A DNA stretch of 64,000 bases from Thermoanaerobaculia bacterium (GTDB lineage Bacteria; Acidobacteriota; Thermoanaerobaculia; Multivoradales; JAHEKO01): the NCBI GenBank assembly GCA_041394745.1, contig JAWKHP010000003.1, positions 29,110 to 93,109 on the forward strand, written 5' to 3'. Position 1 is the stretch's first letter, and each line of letters starts with the position of its first letter. Below the pieces are notes generated by a model. The model was not told the origin of the DNA. It did not search any database and saw nothing but the letters and a program-made list of their open reading frames with translations. This document shows, in pieces, positions 58,606 through 64,000 of the stretch. A program made the translations under genes and the position numbers.

Positions 58606-60192
58606 TCAGCGGAGCGGCTCGGTCGGCTCCGTCGGTGCGTCGGGGAGCCGCCCGGCGCGGTAGGCGGCCAGCCGAGCCTCGGCGCGGCGGCGGCCGGGAC
58701 CGGCGGGCCACGCCTCGACGGCGCGCCGCTGGGCGGCGGTCGCGGCGTCGAAGTCACCGCCGGCGGCGAGGACCATGGCCGTCGTCTCGAGCCCCTGCAC
58801 CGTGTCGCCGCCGGTGAGGGAGCGCACCAGCTCCTCCGCCCGGAGCGCTGCCTCGGGCGTACCGGAGAACGCCAGAAGGCGGGCCAGGAGCAGGCGCGGA
58901 CCCTGGGCCTCGGGGGCCACCGGGAGGAACGCCTCGAGGTCCGCGACCGCCCGCTCCGCCTCGCCGGACCTCAGCAGGCAGCGCGCCCTGCCGGTGACGG
59001 CCCCGGCGAGACCCTCGTCGAGCGCGAGCGCCTCGCCGTAGGCGACGTCGGCCTCTCCGCAGCGCCCGGCGCGGCGCAGCAGGTCGCCGAGCGCCACCTG
59101 CGACTCCGCGTCGAGGGGGTCGAGCTCGACCGCCCGGCGCAGCAGACGCTCGCCGTCCTCGCGCTCGCCCAGCTCCTCGCGCAAGAGGCCGAGCCGGCGG
59201 ACCGCCGGCGGGTAGTCGGGCCGCTCCTCGAGCAGGCTCGCGATCTCCTCGCGCGCCTCCTCGGGGCGGCCGAGACGGGTGAGGAGATCGGCGATGTCGA
59301 GTCGAGCGTAGATCCGGTCGGGCTCCATCCGCAGGGCCTGTCGGAGCTCGACGAGAGCCAGCTCGAGGCGTCCGCGGCTCCTCGCTTCGAGGGCGCGGAC
59401 GTCGTGCTCCCGGGCGTCGCTGCGCAGCTGTGCCACCTCGCGCCACACCGGGTCGAGCCGGCGGAGCTCGTCGGCCAGCGTGGCCGTGCCCGTGACTCCT
59501 TCGAGCGCTCGGCCCGCGCCGTCGAGGTCGCCGCTGCGGCGACGGGCCTCAGCCTCCAGGTGGGCCAAGGCGGGTGAGCGGAGCCCGTCGGAGCGGGCGG
59601 CGGCCAGGTGCTCGAGGGCGACCCGGGGCCGCTCCTGCTGGAGGGCGAGACGGGCCAGCTCGGCCTGGGCGAGGCCGCGGACCGCGCCGCCGGGGGCGCG
59701 CGGGAGGACGGCGCGCGCAGCCCGTCCCGCGCCTTCGGCGTCGCCGGTCGCGAAGCGCAGCTCGGCGATCCAGAGGCCGGTGATCGGCTCGTTCCGGGCC
59801 TCGGCTCCCGCTCCTTCGAGCACCTCGAGCGCCTCGGCCGGGCGGCCGTCGCGCAGCCAGGCGTGCGCCAGCAGGGAGGTCCAGCGCGGCTCGGAGGGCG
59901 CCAGCTCGTGGGCGACGCGAAGGCAGGTGCGAGCGCTCTCGAGCGGGCCGTAGGCGAGATGGAAGGTACCGAGCTCGCCGAACGCGGCGGCGCGGCGGGC
60001 GTCCCCCGTGGCTCCGGGAGGCTCCCGCCGGGCCTCTCGGACACCGTCGGAGAGCCGGTCGTAGAGCTCGCCCACGGCAGGGCTCCAGAGGGAGCGATCG
60101 AGAGGCGGCCGGAGCTCGGGCAGCTCGGTGCGGTGGGGCGCGCAGGCGAACAGGGCGGACAGCAGGATCGCGGCGGGGGTCGGGCGCTTCAC
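58606..60192 (-). CDS. TPR-repeat lipoprotein
   Basis: MKRPTPAAILLSALFACAP (lipobox) is followed by multiple TPR-like helical repeats over 528 aa. Confidence 0.55.
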   Translation of the reverse strand: MKRPTPAAILLSALFACAPHRTELPELRPPLDRSLWSPAVGELYDRLSDGVREARREPPGATGDARRAAAFGELGTFHLAYGPLESARTCLRVAHELAPSEPRWTSLLAHAWLRDGRPAEALEVLEGAGAEARNEPITGLWIAELRFATGDAEGAGRAARAVLPRAPGGAVRGLAQAELARLALQQERPRVALEHLAAARSDGLRSPALAHLEAEARRRSGDLDGAGRALEGVTGTATLADELRRLDPVWREVAQLRSDAREHDVRALEARSRGRLELALVELRQALRMEPDRIYARLDIADLLTRLGRPEEAREEIASLLEERPDYPPAVRRLGLLREELGEREDGERLLRRAVELDPLDAESQVALGDLLRRAGRCGEADVAYGEALALDEGLAGAVTGRARCLLRSGEAERAVADLEAFLPVAPEAQGPRLLLARLLAFSGTPEAALRAEELVRSLTGGDTVQGLETTAMVLAAGGDFDAATAAQRRAVEAWPAGPGRRRAEARLAAYRAGRLPDAPTEPTEPLR

Positions 60193-61883
60193 CGCGCCCT
60201 CGCCGGTCCGAAGACGTAGAGACGGCCGGGCCGCGGGTCGAGCAGACGAAGGGGGCGCTCCGGACGCGCGAGGAGCAGGGCCGAAGGGCGCCGACCGCCG
60301 AGGCCGAAGAGCGCCCTGGGGTCCGATGCCGAGGCGAAGCTCCCGTCCGTCTTGAAGCGGCGGCGCTGTCGCCGCCCGCCCGCCTCGAGGTCGACGGTCC
60401 GGGAGGCGAGCCCGGCCGCCACGGCCGTGGGCCGGGCGTCGGCGCCGAGCCAGTCGGCGGCGGCCGGGGCGCCCTCCCGCACCAGGACGCGGACCGGACC
60501 GTTGTTGTTCTGCACCACGAGGTCGGCGTCGCCGTCGCCGTCCAGATCCCCGACGGCCAGCCCCCGGCCGACCTCCGGCGCGGCGAGGTCGTCGATCCCG
60601 GTGCGCACCTCCTCGAAGCGACCCTCGCCGAGATTGTGAAAGAGCTGCCCGGCCTGTCGCAGGGGGTGGGCGAGGCCGGCGCGCCGCTGCTCTTCGATGA
60701 GCTGGATGGAGCCGTTGACGACCGCCAGGTCGAGGAGGCCGTCGAGGTCGTAGTCGAGCGGCACGGCCCCGAAACCGGTGCGGTTCCAGCTCGGGGGGCC
60801 GAGTCCCGAGGGCTCGCTGCGGTCCTCGAAGACGCCGTCCCGATTGCGGTAGAGAGTGTTGGTCTCGCCGTCGAGGTGGGTCAGGAAGACGTCCTCGTCG
60901 AGATCGTCGTCGAGGTCGGCGGCGACCGTCCCCATGCTCGCCTCCGGAGCGCCCAGGAGGTTGACGGCCGCACCGCGCAGCACGGCCTCGTCCCGAAAGG
61001 CGCCGTCGGCGTGTTGGAGCCAGAGCTGGTTGGCCATCAGGTCGTTGCTGACGTAGAAGTCGAGGCGGCCGTCGCCGTCGAAGTCCCCGCTGGCGACGCC
61101 GAGGCCCTTTCCGATCACGGAGCGGAGGCCGGCGGCGACCGTGACGTCCTCGAATCGACCGTCACCCACGTTGTGGAGGAGCCGATCGGGAACGGGGCCG
61201 AAGCCCTGCGGCCCGCAGTAGGCGGGCGCTCCGGCGGCGTCGAGACAGGGCCGTGCGTTGGCCAGGCGGTAGTCGAGATAGTCGACGACGTAGAGGTCCA
61301 GACGACCGTCGCCGTCGTAGTCGGCGAGCGCGGCGCTGGTCGAGAAGCGGGGATCGTCCACGGCGGGATCCGGGGCCGCCGGCGAGAACGTGCCGTCGCC
61401 GTCGTTGAGCCAGAGCCGGTTGGGACCGAAGTCCGTGAGGTAGAGGTCCTCGTCGCCGTCGCCGTCCACGTCGCCGGCCGCGACGCCGATGCCGTAGCCG
61501 TACGCCGCGAGGCGGCTGGAGGGCGTGACGTCGAGGAAGGCGAGCCGGCGGGTGCCCTCGGCCGCGGCCCGCAGATCGTTGCGGAAGAGGCGGTCCCCGC
61601 CGGTCTCCGGCGCGGGGTGCGAGGGATCCAGACGGTGCCCCTGGCGCAGGTAGACGTCGAGGTCCCCGTCCCCGTCGTAGTCGACCAGGGCGACGCCGGC
61701 GCCGAGGTTCTCGACCAGGTAGAGCGCCCCGGTCATGCCGTTGTCGTGCCGGAAGTGCAAGCCCGCCTGCGCCGCGACGTCCCGGAAGAGAGGGGGAGGG
61801 GCCTGCGGCGAGCATGCGCTCCAGAGGGTCCAGGCCGCCAGGGTCCGGAGCGCGAGGGCGCGTCTGCGACGGGAGTCCGACAC
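60189..61883 (-). CDS. FG-GAP/VCBS-repeat, CRTAC1 (ASPIC/UnbV)-family lipoprotein
   Basis: A GTG start gives VSDSRRRRALALRTLAAWTLWSAC (lipobox). It has repeated DxDGDGxxD Ca-binding FG-GAP blades and a C-terminal UnbV/ASPIC-like segment. Its stop overlaps the TPR gene start by 4 nt. Confidence 0.7.
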   Translation of the reverse strand: MSDSRRRRALALRTLAAWTLWSACSPQAPPPLFRDVAAQAGLHFRHDNGMTGALYLVENLGAGVALVDYDGDGDLDVYLRQGHRLDPSHPAPETGGDRLFRNDLRAAAEGTRRLAFLDVTPSSRLAAYGYGIGVAAGDVDGDGDEDLYLTDFGPNRLWLNDGDGTFSPAAPDPAVDDPRFSTSAALADYDGDGRLDLYVVDYLDYRLANARPCLDAAGAPAYCGPQGFGPVPDRLLHNVGDGRFEDVTVAAGLRSVIGKGLGVASGDFDGDGRLDFYVSNDLMANQLWLQHADGAFRDEAVLRGAAVNLLGAPEASMGTVAADLDDDLDEDVFLTHLDGETNTLYRNRDGVFEDRSEPSGLGPPSWNRTGFGAVPLDYDLDGLLDLAVVNGSIQLIEEQRRAGLAHPLRQAGQLFHNLGEGRFEEVRTGIDDLAAPEVGRGLAVGDLDGDGDADLVVQNNNGPVRVLVREGAPAAADWLGADARPTAVAAGLASRTVDLEAGGRRQRRRFKTDGSFASASDPRALFGLGGRRPSALLLARPERPLRLLDPRPGRLYVFGPARAR

Positions 61884-61963
61884 GTTTCGGGATTCTAGTG
61901 TCCCGGCGCGGTTTGACAGCCTCGGGGGCAGCCTCGACAATACCCCCCGCGCCGGCTCCCTCG

Positions 61964-64000
61964 ATGCACCGCTCCCTCCACTTCCGTTCACGCTCCGCCA
62001 CGCTCCTGGTCGCCTTGGCGACGGCGGTGTCGGCACTTCTGTCGGGGTGCTCGCGCCGGGAACCCTGGAACGTGCTCCTGGTGACGTTCGACACCACGCG
62101 GGCCGATCACCTGGGCCCCTACGGCGACCGCGACGTCCGGACGCCGACCCTCGACGCCCTGGCCGCCGAGGGCGTGCTCTTCGAGGAGGCGACGAGCGCC
62201 GTGCCGATCACCATGCCGTCGCACACGACGATCCTCACCGGCGAGTACCCGCTGGGCCACGGCGTGCGCGACAACGGCAACTTCGTGCTCTCGCCGGAGG
62301 TCACGACGCTGCCGGAGGTCCTCCGGGCACGGGGCTGGCACACGGCGGCCGCCGTCGGGGGCTTCCCGCTCGTCGCGCGGTTCGGCCTGAACCAGGGGTT
62401 CGAGCTCTACGACGACCGCTTGCGTCGCAAGGACGACGACTATCTCGGACGCTCCGGTCGCGGCCCTTCCCTCTACTTCGAGGAGCGGCGCGCGGGTCGG
62501 GTCGCGGAGGCGCTGCTCCCCTGGCTACGACGGGAGGAGCACCGGCCCTTCTTCGCCTGGATGCATTTCTACGATCCCCACCAGCCCTTCGATCCGCCGC
62601 CGCCCTACGATCAGCTCTTCGCGGCGGACCCGTACTCGGGGGAGATCAGCTACGCGGACGAGGTGCTGGGAGACGTGCTCGGGGAGCTGCGTCGGCTGGG
62701 GCTCTGGGAGCGCACCGTCGTCGTCTTCACCGCGGACCACGGCGAGGGCCGCGGGCAGCACCGGGAGATGACGCACTCCTATCTGGTCTACCAGACGACG
62801 CAGCACGTGCCGCTCATCCTCAGGATCCCCGGCGGTCCGGCCGGTCTCCGGGTGAGCGAGCGCGTGAGCTCCGTCGACATCGCGCCGACGATCCTCGACC
62901 TGCTGGGGGTCGAGGTGCCGGCGAGCATGCAGGGGACGAGCCTCGTCGGCCTCTTCGACGACAGCCGGCCCGAGCCCCGCGCGCGTCCGTTCTACGCCGA
63001 GACGCTCTCGCCCTGGTTGAGCCAGGGGTGGGGAGAGCAGCGCGCCCTCTTCGAGGACGGCTGGAAGTACATCCACGGGCCGCGTCCCGAGCTCTATCAC
63101 CTCGACGAGGACCCGCAGGAGCTCCACGACCTGGCCGCAGCGGATCCCGAACGGGCCACGGCGATGCGCGAGACCCTCGCCGCCTTCGTGGAGCGCCACG
63201 CCACCGCCTCGAGCGTCGCCTCTCCCGTCGACGAGGACACGCGAGCGCAGCTGCAGGCCCTGGGCTACCTCAGTGCCAACGGCGCGGAAACCGAGATCGA
63301 CGAGACGTTGCGCGACGAGGGCATTCCTCCGCAGGACCGGATCGAGACCCTCAACGCCAACTCCACCGTGCGCTCGCTGCTGACCAAGGGGCAAGCGCTG
63401 CCGGCCCTCGAGGAGATCGAGAAGCTGTTGCGCGACGATCCCGACAACCGCTTCTATCTCGAGAACGCGGCGCGGGCCGAGGCGATGCTGGGCCGCTACG
63501 ACGCCGCCCTCGCCCGGCTCGACCACCTCGAGCGCCTGGCGCCGCTGGGACCGACCGGAGCGCGGTTGCTCTGCGAGGTCGGCAGCGCGCGCTACGCCGC
63601 CGGAGAGCGAGTGGAGGGGATCGACGCCGTGCGCCGCGGCGTCGCTCTCGCCCCTTCGGCTCCGACGTCGTATCTGCTGGCGCTGATGCTCGCCGAGCAG
63701 GGGATGCCGGGCTCCGACGCGCTGCTCGCGCAGGCGCTGGAGGAGGATCCGACGTTCGCGCCGGCGCGGTTGGAGATCGCGGTACGCCTCGATCGGGAGG
63801 GGAGGAGCGAGGAGGCCGAAGAACAGTTCCAGCGCGCCGTGAGGGACCGCCCCTACGATCCGCGGGCGCAGTACAACTACGCCACCTACCTGCTCCACGA
63901 CGGCCGCCTGGAAGAGGCCGCGGAGCGGTTCGAGCGCGCCATCGAGCTGGGTGAGACCTACCCGGAGGCCTACTACGGCGCCGTCGTCGCCCGGGTCGCC
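61964..64000 (+). CDS. sulfatase-family lipoprotein with a C-terminal TPR region; 3' end beyond the window
   Basis: The ATG at 61964 gives MHRSLHFRSRSATLLVALATAVSALLSGC (lipobox) and VLLVTFDTTRADHLGPYG (sulfatase metal and FGly-site region with PSHTT). It has no stop through the window end, so it is absent from the ORF track. Confidence 0.75.
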   Translation, partial: MHRSLHFRSRSATLLVALATAVSALLSGCSRREPWNVLLVTFDTTRADHLGPYGDRDVRTPTLDALAAEGVLFEEATSAVPITMPSHTTILTGEYPLGHGVRDNGNFVLSPEVTTLPEVLRARGWHTAAAVGGFPLVARFGLNQGFELYDDRLRRKDDDYLGRSGRGPSLYFEERRAGRVAEALLPWLRREEHRPFFAWMHFYDPHQPFDPPPPYDQLFAADPYSGEISYADEVLGDVLGELRRLGLWERTVVVFTADHGEGRGQHREMTHSYLVYQTTQHVPLILRIPGGPAGLRVSERVSSVDIAPTILDLLGVEVPASMQGTSLVGLFDDSRPEPRARPFYAETLSPWLSQGWGEQRALFEDGWKYIHGPRPELYHLDEDPQELHDLAAADPERATAMRETLAAFVERHATASSVASPVDEDTRAQLQALGYLSANGAETEIDETLRDEGIPPQDRIETLNANSTVRSLLTKGQALPALEEIEKLLRDDPDNRFYLENAARAEAMLGRYDAALARLDHLERLAPLGPTGARLLCEVGSARYAAGERVEGIDAVRRGVALAPSAPTSYLLALMLAEQGMPGSDALLAQALEEDPTFAPARLEIAVRLDREGRSEEAEEQFQRAVRDRPYDPRAQYNYATYLLHDGRLEEAAERFERAIELGETYPEAYYGAVVARVA

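Noticed and set aside
61735-63954. A 739-aa plus ORF listed across the sulfatase region
   Set aside because: It is in the wrong frame with an Arg/Gly/Pro-rich translation. The real sulfatase frame (ATG at 61964) shows the lipobox, the FGly-site context and a TPR tail, and runs stop-free to the window end.

Overview
This 64-kb window is high-GC (about 70%) bacterial chromosomal DNA with roughly 55 protein-coding genes on both strands and no rRNA, tRNA or CRISPR array detectable by eye. Gene content points to an Acidobacteriota-like organism: a TIGR03436-type VWFA gene, a tricorn protease, DUF2911, DUF885, and a TolB-propeller fused to an amidohydrolase. The window is rich in secreted or lipoprotein hydrolases (S8, S41 and tricorn peptidases, two beta-lactamase-fold serine hydrolases, two amidohydrolases, an SGNH hydrolase, a sulfatase and a PQQ-type sugar dehydrogenase). 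It also carries a Ser/Thr kinase plus FHA pair, a GAF-GGDEF-EAL protein, two ECF sigma factors, a YtrA-type GntR regulator with an ABC exporter, ppc, and a lipid-A-style acyl cluster (SDR, KAS II, ACP, DUF374). A split octaheme cytochrome c gene sits beside a polytopic membrane protein and a ChaN-like haem lipoprotein. A 1413-aa surface protein carries a 789-bp internal tandem duplication. The most striking signal is an identical 19-aa C-terminal tail (DGFESGDTSxW..A[P/N]) on three unrelated secreted proteins, which looks like an undescribed sorting or complementation tag. Many genes need single-base indels to read through. These apparent frameshifts are concentrated (34.0-39.6 kb, 48-49 kb, 5.9-6.2 kb) while several 2-4 kb genes are intact, so the six-frame ORF track fragments many real genes. 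Two small intergenic repeat families and a compositionally odd lower-GC segment containing a T9 run are also present. Coordinates derived by counting residues may be off by 1-3 nt.
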